From the NCBI GenBank assembly GCA_963704885.1, contig CAVPIB010000004.1, forward strand, positions 1,024,001 to 1,088,000: 64,000 nucleotides of DNA, given 5' to 3'. Each line of letters starts with the position of its first letter. Positions within the stretch are counted from its first letter, which is position 1. The notes below the pieces were generated by a model, which saw only the letters and a program-made list of their open reading frames with translations, did not search any database and was not told the DNA's origin. Made by a program: the position numbers and the translations under genes. Source of the DNA: an uncultured Actinomycetes bacterium. Lineage in GTDB: Bacteria > Actinomycetota > UBA4738 > HRBIN12. Positions 1 through 9,410 of this stretch are shown piece by piece.

Positions 1-1157
1 AACACGAAGTCTCCCGTGGCCGGGTTGGTCTGGCCGCCCCCGAGCGAGGTGACGTACACGCCGCGCTCCGTGGAGGACAGGATCTCGGCCGCGTCCGCGC
101 TCCCGTTCAAGATGTTCGTGTTGGTCATGCGGGGGATCGGCGGCGACGCGTAGGACTGCCGCCGTCCGTTCCCGGTGGGTGGCAACCCGTCCTTGTCGGC
201 GTGCATCCGGTCGTACAACAGCCCCTGCAGCACCCCACCCTCGAACAGGGAGGTCCGCTGCGATGGCGTTCCCTCGTCATCGAACGCGTAGGACCCCCAG
301 CCGTTGGGGATGGAGGCGTCGTCCACGCCGTCGATCAGCTCGGACGCGCAGCGTTCGCCGATCAGACCGCGATACACGCTCGCCTCTTTGTCGATCGCGT
401 CCGACTCGAGCGGATGCCCGACCGCCTCGTGGAAGAGCACCCCGCCCATCCCCGGGGCGAGCACCACGGTCATCTCCCCCGCTGGAGCAGGGATGGAGTC
501 CAGCATGGTGACCGCCCTGCGGGCCGCGGTCTCGGCGGTGTCACGCGGTGGATGCCGATCCACGAACTCCACTCCGCTGCACGCGGCGGGACCGTGGAAG
601 CCTGTCTGGATGTTCCCGTCGCGCGCGGCCACCACCTGGGCCACCAGGCGTATCCGGGGACGCGACTCCTCGACCCACCGACCGTCGGATGTGGCGATCA
701 GCACGCGCTGGAGGGAGTCCCCGTAGATGCCGACCACCTGTGTGACCTCGGGGCTGAACGATCGAGCGGCGTCGTCGACCTGTCGGAGCCAGGCCACCTT
801 CTCGGCGGCCGGCACGCTGTCCGCCGCGCGCTCGACGGTGTTCACGACCGACCCTGAACCCCCTCGCAGATCCACGACGCCGCCGCTCTCGCCCTCAGGG
901 AGAGCGGCGCTCGCCGCCTCGGCCGCTGCCAGGAGGGCCTCGCGGTCCAGCCTGTTCGAGTAGGCGTAGCCGTAGGAGGTGCCGAGGCAGACCCTCACGC
1001 CCGCGCCCCGGTCCAGTCCGGTCGTAAGCTCCTCGACCTTCCCGTCGTCCAGACGGATCGACGTGGACGTCTTCTCCTCCACGAACACCTCGGCGAACGA
1101 GCCTCCTCGCCGTCGAGCGACGCGCAGCACCTCTTGCACGAGTAGCGGATCCAGCAT
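1..1157 (-). CDS. tldD: TldD/PmbA family metalloprotease, TldD subunit (runs off window edge)
   Basis: Manual minus-strand translation from ATG 1157: MLDPLLVQEVLRVARRRGGSFAEVFVEE...GLDRGAGVRV; zinc motif GVLFHEAVGHPLE; RRQSYASPPIPRMTNTNI. Absent from ORF track because no stop in window. Confidence 0.9.
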   Translation of the reverse strand, partial: MLDPLLVQEVLRVARRRGGSFAEVFVEEKTSTSIRLDDGKVEELTTGLDRGAGVRVCLGTSYGYAYSNRLDREALLAAAEAASAALPEGESGGVVDLRGGSGSVVNTVERAADSVPAAEKVAWLRQVDDAARSFSPEVTQVVGIYGDSLQRVLIATSDGRWVEESRPRIRLVAQVVAARDGNIQTGFHGPAACSGVEFVDRHPPRDTAETAARRAVTMLDSIPAPAGEMTVVLAPGMGGVLFHEAVGHPLESDAIDKEASVYRGLIGERCASELIDGVDDASIPNGWGSYAFDDEGTPSQRTSLFEGGVLQGLLYDRMHADKDGLPPTGNGRRQSYASPPIPRMTNTNILNGSADAAEILSSTERGVYVTSLGGGQTNPATGDFV

Positions 1158-1239
1158 GGGCAGGAGGCTACCAACGTACCCGGACCACGCCGGGTGGTGA
1201 CCGCAGGTGCCGCCGACACGTGCGCTACAGTCAGCCGCC

Positions 1240-3108
1240 ATGGAGGGGTCCGGGTCTGCGCGCCCCGCGAGGGAGCTGGCGTGGCTCGCGGGCGTCGGGC
1301 TCGCCGTCATGGCCGTGTTGCTGGCTCCGACCGTCCGCCACGGCTACCGGTTCGCGTTGGGGCCCGACACTCCCGTGTACCTGTGGTGGACGCGCGTCGG
1401 CGCCTCCCAGGGGCTCTCCGTGGTCGGTCAACGACCTGGTAGCCCCGCGCTGATCGCCGTCCTGTCGGGAGTCCTACACGTGCCGATCTCCGCGGTGACG
1501 GCGGGACTCGAGGCTGCGCTCGGATGCGCGACGGCCGTCGCCACCGCGATGCTGGTTAGGGCCGCTGCGGCGATGGGCGGCGAGCGCCGTGGAGCCCGGG
1601 CCGCTTGGGTCCTGGCCGGCGTCCTCACAGGCCTGTTCACGATCCACCTGGCCAGCGGCTACCTGGCCAACCTGGCGTTCGCTGCACCTTTCGTTGGGGC
1701 GACCGTGTGTCTGGCCCTGGGCACGAGGCGCTCGGCCGTGGCCGGTGCCCTGCTGCTCGGCGGCGGGGGACTCGCCCACCCGCAGTTCTTCCTGGTGGGC
1801 GCCATCGTTCTCGTGGCGGTGGCGCTCTGGTCGCTCATCCGACGGGAGGGCCGATCGGGAGATGCGGTGAACGTGGCGCTCGCCACGCTCGGCGGAGGCG
1901 CGGTCGTGGGCGCCGGTCTCCTGTCGATGTCTATCGGACCGTCGCTGTTGGCGGTCGACACCTCGCGGGACGGATTCCTGCGGCGCGCCGGGATGACCGC
2001 CACCGTGCAACAGGCGTACCTGGACAGGTTCCGCTTCCGATGGGCGAGATACGTTCAATGGCTGGCCCTGCCGCTCGCCGTGCTGGGCTCCATGCGAACC
2101 AGCGGGTTCGCGCGGCGCATCCTGGTGTCCTGGACCGCGTTGGTGGTGATCGGCGCACCGGTCGGCCTGCTGACCGGCTGGTACCCGCCGGATCGGCTCA
2201 TCACGTTCGGCTTCTCGGTCCCGGCGCTCGCAGGGGTCGGAGTGGTAGCCGTGTGGCTGTGGCTCTCGCGGCGGAGATGGCTGGCGGCCGTCGTTGCCGC
2301 CACGCTGTTCGGACTCATGGCCGCCGGAGCACTGATCGCCTGGAACCGCCAGCTCCCATACATCTCTCGCACCGAGGTCGAACAGGTGACGATGGCGGCG
2401 CGCATCGCCCGGGCCTCCGCGCCCGACGCGCCGATGGTCTTCGTCATGGACGATCGCGAAGGGAGCGCCTCGTTCCTGGCTACCAGGGCCGCGAACGTGA
2501 TCCGCGCGGCCGTCCCGCCCGATCGCGCTGCGGACGTGTACGTCTACGTCGGGAACCCCTCGAACCTGGCCGAGGGTGAGCCGACCGTTCGCGGACTGCC
2601 GGAGCACGACGCCCTCTCGCGCCTGTACCTCTCCGATATCCCGCAGGGGCCGAACACGGTCTTCTGGCTGAGCGCGTTCAACACTGGGATCACCTCGGAC
2701 GGAGCCGATCTGTACACGTGGGGTGGCGGCGTGTCGTCCTCCGTGGCGCCCGGCGACGTGGGGACCCGGTTCGCGCCCGCCCGTGAACCTCTTCGGCCGT
2801 CCTCGGCCGGGCAGATCGTTCTGACCGCCTTCGCGATCCTCGGCCTCTGTGGCGTGGTCGGGTTCGGGTGGGCGCGCTGGACCGGGCTGGACGCGGTCGC
2901 CGCCGCGGCGATCGCCCCGGCGTTCGGCGTGGCCACGCTCGCTCTGTTGGGCGTGGCGATGGAGAGGTTCGGCCTACCGCTCTCCGGCGCCGGCGGCCCG
3001 GCGATCGTCGCGATCCTCGCCGGTGCCCCCGGCTACGGTCTTTCGATCCTGCAGCGGCCGCCCGCCGCGCCACCGGCGCCATCCGTCGAGCAACAGCCAT
3101 CCGAGTAG
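1240..3108 (+). CDS. Multi-pass membrane protein, possibly GT-C fold glycosyltransferase-like
   Basis: Many hydrophobic segments; N-terminal loop GPDTPVYLWW after first TM is reminiscent of GT-C enzymes; adjacent to a GT-C mannosyltransferase. Confidence 0.6.
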   Translation: MEGSGSARPARELAWLAGVGLAVMAVLLAPTVRHGYRFALGPDTPVYLWWTRVGASQGLSVVGQRPGSPALIAVLSGVLHVPISAVTAGLEAALGCATAVATAMLVRAAAAMGGERRGARAAWVLAGVLTGLFTIHLASGYLANLAFAAPFVGATVCLALGTRRSAVAGALLLGGGGLAHPQFFLVGAIVLVAVALWSLIRREGRSGDAVNVALATLGGGAVVGAGLLSMSIGPSLLAVDTSRDGFLRRAGMTATVQQAYLDRFRFRWARYVQWLALPLAVLGSMRTSGFARRILVSWTALVVIGAPVGLLTGWYPPDRLITFGFSVPALAGVGVVAVWLWLSRRRWLAAVVAATLFGLMAAGALIAWNRQLPYISRTEVEQVTMAARIARASAPDAPMVFVMDDREGSASFLATRAANVIRAAVPPDRAADVYVYVGNPSNLAEGEPTVRGLPEHDALSRLYLSDIPQGPNTVFWLSAFNTGITSDGADLYTWGGGVSSSVAPGDVGTRFAPAREPLRPSSAGQIVLTAFAILGLCGVVGFGWARWTGLDAVAAAAIAPAFGVATLALLGVAMERFGLPLSGAGGPAIVAILAGAPGYGLSILQRPPAAPPAPSVEQQPSE

Positions 3109-4554
3109 CCCGATCACGACGGGCGTTATCAAGTAGTGCCCCACAAGCACGTTCAGGTCGTACGCGGCCGGGAACAGGCCGGGTTCCGCGGTCCACTGAG
3201 AGAGAGCCAGCGCCACGGACGTGGCCACCAGCACGTCGCGGGGAACGCGGGGGAGCAGCCACGCGAGGGGTAGGGCCCACACCACGTACCAGGGCAGCAG
3301 CACCGGTCCGAGCATCATCAGGAGCAGGAGCGACCACCCCCACGCGGCCCCGAGCTCCAGGACCGGGTCCTCGAGTGCGAGCTTCCGCGTTGCCTCGCGC
3401 CACACGATCCGGCAAAGGAGAACCACGGCGCTCACCAACAGCGCCGCGAACCCGATCCTCGCGACGACCCCGAGCGTGTCTCCCGACGCTGCGTCCAGGA
3501 ACCTGCGGAAGAACCTCGACGGGGCGAGCCACCCCTCGTGTCCCGCAAGCTCGAGCATCCCGAGGGTGGGGTCGTGGAGTTGGAAGAACGGCGCCGCGAA
3601 CACCGCGCCGATCGCCACCGCGAGTCCGCCGCGCGTGAGGAGCATGCGGAGCCGCCTTCCGGATGGCGCGCGAGCCAGGAGCCATACGAGAAGGAGCAGC
3701 AGAGGCAGGGCCGCGGTCGCCTTGACCAGTGTCCCGAGCGTCAGGACGGCGACGGCGAGCAGGTCCCTCCGGCGCCGCATCAGCGCGAACGCGCCGGCCA
3801 CCGCGAGCGCCACCAGGATGTCGTTGTGGCCGCTCGCCACCGTCTGGAACAGCACGACGGGGCTGAGTCCGAACGCCACCACGGCGAACGCCGCACGCGT
3901 TGGCCATGCGCGACGCACCGTCGTCGCGATCACCGCGACGGTACCCAGGCTGGCGGCGGCCGCCGTCCATCGGAACGTCTCGACCTGCGCGCCCAGTGTG
4001 TGCACGGTTCGCACCACGATCGACGCGTAGCCGGTGAAGAGCGGTCCGTATACCGCAGGGGTCGAGAACCACTTCGGGCCCACGAGCGCCGCGACCGCGT
4101 CGAGAGGGAAGTCGGCCGGCGTCTGCACGTATGGGTTCGCGTGGTGCAGCGCGGCGATGTTGCCGTACGCGATGTAGGAGTACACATCGCGCGAGATCAA
4201 GAGCGGGAGTGAAAGGACGACCGCGTGCGCAGCGACGGCTAGGAACACCACGGTTCTCAAGGAGACGGCACCGCGCCACGCGGCCCGGAGCATCAGCAAG
4301 AACCCCCCGGTCGCGAGCACGACCGCGGCGACCCCGACCCAGACCAGAGCCGAACCATTCAAACCGTCCACGCCGAGGGCGCCAGCCAGCCAGGCGAACG
4401 GCCCGTGCGGCTGTACGCCGGGTGCCAGGATCGGGTGCAGCGGCGAATCCGGAACGGACGCCGCGGTGGCGATCGCCGTGAGCCCGATCAGGAAGCCGGC
4501 GATCGCGAGCGACGACGATCGTGAGGAGCGCTCCACGGGGCCCGAACGTATCAC
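2974..4554 (-). CDS. Polyprenol-phosphomannose-dependent alpha-1,6-mannosyltransferase (MptA/MptB-like, GT-C)
   Basis: Motifs LPLLISRDVYSYIAYG, HANPY, TPAVYGPLF, SGHNDIL, LVKATA, LLPWYVVW; multi-TM. Confidence 0.8.
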   Translation of the reverse strand: MIRSGPVERSSRSSSLAIAGFLIGLTAIATAASVPDSPLHPILAPGVQPHGPFAWLAGALGVDGLNGSALVWVGVAAVVLATGGFLLMLRAAWRGAVSLRTVVFLAVAAHAVVLSLPLLISRDVYSYIAYGNIAALHHANPYVQTPADFPLDAVAALVGPKWFSTPAVYGPLFTGYASIVVRTVHTLGAQVETFRWTAAAASLGTVAVIATTVRRAWPTRAAFAVVAFGLSPVVLFQTVASGHNDILVALAVAGAFALMRRRRDLLAVAVLTLGTLVKATAALPLLLLLVWLLARAPSGRRLRMLLTRGGLAVAIGAVFAAPFFQLHDPTLGMLELAGHEGWLAPSRFFRRFLDAASGDTLGVVARIGFAALLVSAVVLLCRIVWREATRKLALEDPVLELGAAWGWSLLLLMMLGPVLLPWYVVWALPLAWLLPRVPRDVLVATSVALALSQWTAEPGLFPAAYDLNVLVGHYLITPVVIGLLGWLLLDGWRRWRGGRPLQDRKTVAGGTGEDRDDRRAAGAGER

Positions 4555-4774
4555 CGGCGGCGGTCCCGACCTTCGACCCGGCAGGTCCCGCCGTTCGGCC
4601 TAGGGACCGTTCGAGCGCATGGTGCGATACTCGGCGGACGGGGTGCCCCAGCCCACGTCGACAGACGCGAGCTCCGACATCCTCCACTGCTCAAGGCCGG
4701 GGGCCCGCGCTTCGCGCGGGCCCCCGCGCATCACGCCCCTTGTCGCCGGCGGGCGCGGCCCGGAGACTGGCCGG

Positions 4775-5461
4775 GTGGATGACCGGCGGATGTTCCAGCG
4801 CGACGGACAGGTCGACCGTCAGGTCACCGAGATCCAGGAGGAGTTCCGTCGTGGGTTCGAGCTGGTCAACTCGATCGAACGGCCGTCCGTCTCGATCTTC
4901 GGATCGGCCCGGCTGGGCCCGTCCGACCCCGCCTACGCATGGGCCAGGGCCACCGGCCGGGCGTTCGCGGAGCGCGGTTGGGCCGTGGTGACCGGAGGCG
5001 GCCCCGGGATCATGGAGGCCGCGAACCGCGGGTGCCGCGAGGCCGGTGGGCTGTCCGTCGGGTTCAACATACGCCTCCCGCATGAGCAGGGAGACAACCC
5101 CTTCCTGGATCTCGCGATCGAGTTCAGCCACTTCTACGCGCGCAAGACCATGTTCGTGAAGGCGGCTGAGGGTTTCGTGGTCTTCCCCGGCGGGTTCGGG
5201 ACGCTGGACGAGCTCTTCGAGGCGCTCACGCTTCTCCAGACCGGTGTGATCCGCCATTTCCCGGTGGTCCTCTTCGGGAGCGAGCACTGGCGGCCGGTCC
5301 TCGCGTGGGCCGAGGGAGAGCTGCTCCGGGACGGGCTTATCTCACGGTCGGACCTCGGGCTCGTCTCCGTGACGGACGACCCGACGGTCGCCACGCAGAC
5401 CGTCATCGACTGCTACGAGCGCACGTGCGCCCACGACGTCCCCGAAGAACGGGGGGACTAG
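4775..5461 (+). CDS. LOG family nucleotide phosphoribohydrolase (TIGR00730-like)
   Basis: VSIFGSAR, TGGGPGIMEAANRG, HFYARKTMFVK, PGGFGTLDELFE. Start set at GTG 4775 (ORF track extends to 4619). Confidence 0.9.
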   Translation: MDDRRMFQRDGQVDRQVTEIQEEFRRGFELVNSIERPSVSIFGSARLGPSDPAYAWARATGRAFAERGWAVVTGGGPGIMEAANRGCREAGGLSVGFNIRLPHEQGDNPFLDLAIEFSHFYARKTMFVKAAEGFVVFPGGFGTLDELFEALTLLQTGVIRHFPVVLFGSEHWRPVLAWAEGELLRDGLISRSDLGLVSVTDDPTVATQTVIDCYERTCAHDVPEERGD

Positions 5462-5991
5462 GCGTGCGCGCCCGCGCCGACCGGCTGCGAGCGACGCTCG
5501 AAGGAGAGCACCAACTTGCGGAGCAGCGCATTGAGACGTTTCTGCTCCGCCGGCGTGAGGACCGATAGCACGGCGATCTCGTTGTCGATCCCCGCGTTGA
5601 CGGCCTGATCGATCTTGGCGATCCCCGCGGGCGTCAGGCGTACGATAAGGGCGCGGCGATCCTCGGGGTCAGGTTCGCGGGTGATGAGCCCGGCCTCCTC
5701 CAGCCCGTCGAGGCGGTTGGTCATGGCCCCGGACGACAACATCAGGCACTCCCCCAGCTCGCCGGGCGACATGGCGATGTCGGGATCGCGCTGACGGAGC
5801 TGAGCGAGCAGCTTGAACTCGCCCTTGTTCAGTTCGAACTCGGCGCTGCCGTGCTCCAGGATGCCGTCGAACCTCTTCGCGACCTTATGTACCCGATCGA
5901 CGATCCCTTCGACCTCCGGATCCAGCCGGGGGAAGATCTTGCACGCGCGCTCCACGAAGTCGTCTATCGAATCCCTCGTTCCCATCGCCAC
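5458..5991 (-). CDS. MarR family regulator, UrtR/PecS/TamR-like subfamily
   Basis: wHTH SPGELGECLMLSSGAMTNRLDGLEEAGLITREPDPEDRR; N-terminal helix DSIDDFVERACKIFPRLD typical of UrtR-like MarRs. Confidence 0.88.
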   Translation of the reverse strand: MAMGTRDSIDDFVERACKIFPRLDPEVEGIVDRVHKVAKRFDGILEHGSAEFELNKGEFKLLAQLRQRDPDIAMSPGELGECLMLSSGAMTNRLDGLEEAGLITREPDPEDRRALIVRLTPAGIAKIDQAVNAGIDNEIAVLSVLTPAEQKRLNALLRKLVLSFERRSQPVGAGAHA

Positions 5992-6014
5992 TCGCTCCTT
6001 TCGACAGCAAGACT

Positions 6015-6068
6015 CTTGACATCGGATTTCTTGACATCAAGCTACATCTGAAGTATCTTCACGTCAAG
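6015..6068 (+). promoter_or_regulatory. Sigma70-type promoter (TTGACA 6031-6036, N17, TATCTT 6054-6059) overlapped by three MarR operator-like boxes
   Basis: CTTGACATCGGA 6015-6026, palindromic CTTGACATCAAG 6030-6041 and CTTCACGTCAAG 6057-6068, in an AT-rich gap between the divergent MarR and small ORF. Confidence 0.8.
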
Positions 6069-6095
6069 CTATCACGGGAGGGAGGTGAGCGCGAG

Positions 6096-6326
6096 ATGGT
6101 CCAGACCCCACAGCTCCGTACGGATGAGCAGAGGCTGCGCGAGCACGAACTCCGCCGGGCGACCGAAGATGCCCGCCGCGAGGGCGTCAGGCCCGCCACC
6201 CGCACGGGGAAGATGGCGGCAGGAGCGTTGCGAGCGATCTCCGCGGCGCTCACGCGCACGGCGAACGCGCTCGACGCGCCTTCCGAGCGTCTCGAGCGAA
6301 GCGTCCGCATGGTCGACCGGGCCTGA
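6096..6326 (+). CDS. Small hypothetical protein (76 aa)
   Basis: Strong SD GGAGGTG upstream, canonical promoter upstream and a long hairpin downstream; helical, charged sequence. Confidence 0.7.
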   Translation: MVQTPQLRTDEQRLREHELRRATEDARREGVRPATRTGKMAAGALRAISAALTRTANALDAPSERLERSVRMVDRA

Positions 6327-6348
6327 CCCGATCGGTCGTCGGACCGAC

Positions 6349-6415
6349 GAGGCCGAGCCGAGCCCAAGATGCCCAGGTGCGCCACACCCCCGCATCGAGG
6401 GCTCGGCTCGGCCTC
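6349..6415. terminator. Long GC-rich hairpin, probable terminator
   Basis: Perfect 17-bp inverted repeat GAGGCCGAGCCGAGCCC (6349-6365)/GGGCTCGGCTCGGCCTC (6399-6415), with inner GATGC/GCATC. Confidence 0.6.
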
Positions 6416-6446
6416 CGTCTCACGCGCAGGACCGATACTGACGTTC

Positions 6447-7436
6447 ATGCGACATCGGTGGGTACCTCTCTTGGCGCCGATGCTGCTGGCTGCTGCCTGC
6501 TCGCGCGCATCTGGCACGGAGCCCTCCAGCGCGGCGCCCGGGACACCGCCAGACACGGCCACCTCCGGCTGCCCCGCAGCCGGAGAGCTGGCGCCACCCC
6601 GAACCTTGATCCTGTTCCGTAAGGACGGGTGCGTCCCCACATCCGAACTGTTCGCGTTCCAGTGTTCTCCGATCGATCCGCCCGTGATCGAGACCCAAGC
6701 CGAAGGCTTGACCGAGCGGTTCATAGGCGGGCGGTTCGCATTGCCTTTGCGATCGCTCCCAGCGGGCGCTTCGCCCGTGGGCGAGGGAGCCGGCATGCAG
6801 GTGTACACGGTCATGGGGAACCCGGCGCTCCTGTACGTGGGACAGGGCGAAGGCGTGACGCGTTGGCTTCGGCTGCCCCGGCGCCGGATCGGTGAGCCTC
6901 CCAACGCGTACGTCATCGGCGACTCGATCGCGGATGGCTCCTCGCCTTTCATCACCGCGGCGCTCCCGGAGTGGTCGATCGACTTCGACACCGTCATCGG
7001 TCGGGGTACGGACTCCGCGCTTCCGATCGCAGCCGCCCAGGGCGCCGAGCGGCCCGACGTAGTGGTCGTCGAACTCGGCACGAACGACGCCGACCCGGTG
7101 GCTTTCCGTGAGAACGTGATGGCGATGATGGCGTCGCTACGACGGGTGCCATTGGTGGTGTGGCAGACGGCACACGGTCCCCTGGTGAACATCCCAGATG
7201 TCAACATGCTCATCCGCGACCTGATGGCCCAGTACCCCAACACGTGGATCGCCGACTGGGACGCGTTCGTAGACGACGAGGAACTGATCGCCGACGGAGT
7301 GCATCCCGCGCCGGAACACCAGGACCTGATGGCCCGGCTCGTCGCACCGATGCTCACTCGATGGCTAGAGGTGGCGAGCGGTGAAGGTGCCGCGTCGTGC
7401 AGCGCCCAGGCCGAGGGCGCGGCCGGAGTCTCCTAG
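6447..7436 (+). CDS. Lipoprotein with C-terminal SGNH/GDSL hydrolase domain (OatA-C-like)
   Basis: Lipobox LAAAC; SGNH blocks IGDSIA, GRG, ELGTND, DGVHP. Confidence 0.75.
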   Translation: MRHRWVPLLAPMLLAAACSRASGTEPSSAAPGTPPDTATSGCPAAGELAPPRTLILFRKDGCVPTSELFAFQCSPIDPPVIETQAEGLTERFIGGRFALPLRSLPAGASPVGEGAGMQVYTVMGNPALLYVGQGEGVTRWLRLPRRRIGEPPNAYVIGDSIADGSSPFITAALPEWSIDFDTVIGRGTDSALPIAAAQGAERPDVVVVELGTNDADPVAFRENVMAMMASLRRVPLVVWQTAHGPLVNIPDVNMLIRDLMAQYPNTWIADWDAFVDDEELIADGVHPAPEHQDLMARLVAPMLTRWLEVASGEGAASCSAQAEGAAGVS

Positions 7437-7451
7437 AGTACCGACACCGCT

Positions 7452-8384
7452 TCAACCGGCGGGCGCGGGCGACTCCGGTTCTTCGAAGGTGTCGGCGAGC
7501 GGTCGCGATCGCTGACGCAGCAGCACGACCGCCGTCGATCCCAACACCATCAGTCCTCCGACGATCACGGGGGTGGTGAGCTGCTCATCCAGCAACGCCC
7601 ACGCGGCGATAGAGCCGACGATCGGCTGGGTCTGGGTGATGAGCGAGCCCAGCCACGCCTCCACGAACCGGTGCGACCAAGCGACCATCAGATGGCCGAG
7701 CATCCCGGGCACGAGCGTCACCAGCCAGATCCAGGCCCAATCGACGCGCCGCGGAAGGGCGAGGCCCTGTCCTGAAGCCACGGCGAAGACGGTCATCAAC
7801 ATGGCCGACACCAGCATGACGCTCGCCATGTACTCCAGAGCTCCCACGCCGGACCTAACCCTCTTGGAGAACAGCCAGTACCCGGTCCACGACAACACGC
7901 TGATCCCGGCGAACACGTCGCCCCAGGCACCGGAGGTTGGCGAGCCCGCCGATCCGATCGCCACGATCGCCACGCCCAGGAACGACGTGGCGATGAAGAC
8001 CAGATCGCGGCGCCCGACGCGCTCCCCGAACCATCTCGCTGCGCCTATCGCGATGAGCACCGGAGCCAGGGCCCCGATGATCGTGGCGTTGGCGACGCTC
8101 GTGAGCTGGAACGCCAGGAAGCTGCACCCGATGTCGATCGCGAAGACGACGCCGCCCAACGCGCAGGTCCGCAAGGTCGTCCAAGGCAGGCGCCGGCCGG
8201 TCATCGCGAACACGGCGACGTAGACGAGCACTCCCATCCAGAGGCGGTACGCGGCGAAAGACAGTGCCGGCATCTCCGTCTGCTTCAAGATCAGCGGGAC
8301 GAGTCCCCACGCGACCGTGGCGAAGGACAAGGCCATGATCCCGGCGGTTCTCCGATCAGGCCCCGTTCGCGTCTCGGTGGACAT
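7452..8384 (-). CDS. DMT/EamA family transporter
   Basis: About 10 TMs in two repeats; TSVANATIIGALAPV, WFGERVG, LLDEQLT. Confidence 0.88.
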   Translation of the reverse strand: MSTETRTGPDRRTAGIMALSFATVAWGLVPLILKQTEMPALSFAAYRLWMGVLVYVAVFAMTGRRLPWTTLRTCALGGVVFAIDIGCSFLAFQLTSVANATIIGALAPVLIAIGAARWFGERVGRRDLVFIATSFLGVAIVAIGSAGSPTSGAWGDVFAGISVLSWTGYWLFSKRVRSGVGALEYMASVMLVSAMLMTVFAVASGQGLALPRRVDWAWIWLVTLVPGMLGHLMVAWSHRFVEAWLGSLITQTQPIVGSIAAWALLDEQLTTPVIVGGLMVLGSTAVVLLRQRSRPLADTFEEPESPAPAG

Positions 8385-8444
8385 CGCCCGACGCTACCAG
8401 CGCGGCCCGCGCCGACCTGGACGCACCCGATAGCATCAACCGGA

Positions 8445-9410
8445 ATGGGCCTCGGATCCGATCCGTTCGCCGCCGACGGGGAGTGGCTGAAGACCGCTCT
8501 GCACACCCACACGTCCGTCTCCGACGGCGAGCTGGAGCCGGGAGCCGTTGCGGCGCACTACGAGTGGGCTGGGTTCGATGTCTTGGCGATCACTGATCAT
8601 TGGACCCTCACGTATCTCCCTTCAACCGAGAACCTCCTCGTCATCACGGGCGCCGAGCTCGCCGTCGATCCGATGGGACCGGGTCGCTACACGGAGATCT
8701 TGGCCATCGGCATCGACGACATCCCCCAGGATCCAGGCGGGGATCGCGCCCACTGGGAGACGATCGACGGCTACGAGTTCAAGACGTTCCCGGATCTCAC
8801 GGTGGCGGCGGCCAACATCACGGGACAGGGAGGTGCCGCCTTCGTGGCGCATCCCTATTGGAGCGGACTCACGCCCGAGGTCATCTTGGAGGCGCAGGGG
8901 CTCACTGGCATCGAGCTCTTCAACGCATCGTCGCACCGCGAGAACGACCGCGGCGATTCCTCCTACATCTGGGACCTAGCGCTCGAGGCCGGTATGTCGC
9001 TCTCAGGGATCGCCGCCGATGACAGCCACTACCCGCTGTTCGACATCGGTGACGCCTGGACCATGGTGCGTGCCGCGGAGCGCACGCAGGAGGCCGTGCT
9101 CGATGCGCTCCGAGAACACCGGACCTACGCGTCGAGTGGCCCGGTCATGCACGACGTCGCTCGCGAGGGGAACGTCGTCGAGGTGAGATGCAGCCCGTGC
9201 CCGTCGGTCGTGTTGCACTCGCGTTACCAGGAGGGCTGGTCGGTGCGCGCCGACCATCGTGGGCGCCAAGAGTCCGCGCGGATCCTGGAGCGAGACGACC
9301 GAGGGATGATCGTTCGCGCTTCGTTCCAGCCGCCGGTCGACGACCTGCCGTTCGTCCGCGTGGTGGCGACCGACGAGCAGGGTCGATCCGCCTGGACGAA
9401 CCCCGTCTAG
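8445..9410 (+). CDS. PHP-domain metallohydrolase (CehA/McbA-like)
   Basis: LHTHTSVSDG, AITDH, VAHPYWS, IELFN, ADDSH. Confidence 0.85.
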   Translation: MGLGSDPFAADGEWLKTALHTHTSVSDGELEPGAVAAHYEWAGFDVLAITDHWTLTYLPSTENLLVITGAELAVDPMGPGRYTEILAIGIDDIPQDPGGDRAHWETIDGYEFKTFPDLTVAAANITGQGGAAFVAHPYWSGLTPEVILEAQGLTGIELFNASSHRENDRGDSSYIWDLALEAGMSLSGIAADDSHYPLFDIGDAWTMVRAAERTQEAVLDALREHRTYASSGPVMHDVAREGNVVEVRCSPCPSVVLHSRYQEGWSVRADHRGRQESARILERDDRGMIVRASFQPPVDDLPFVRVVATDEQGRSAWTNPV

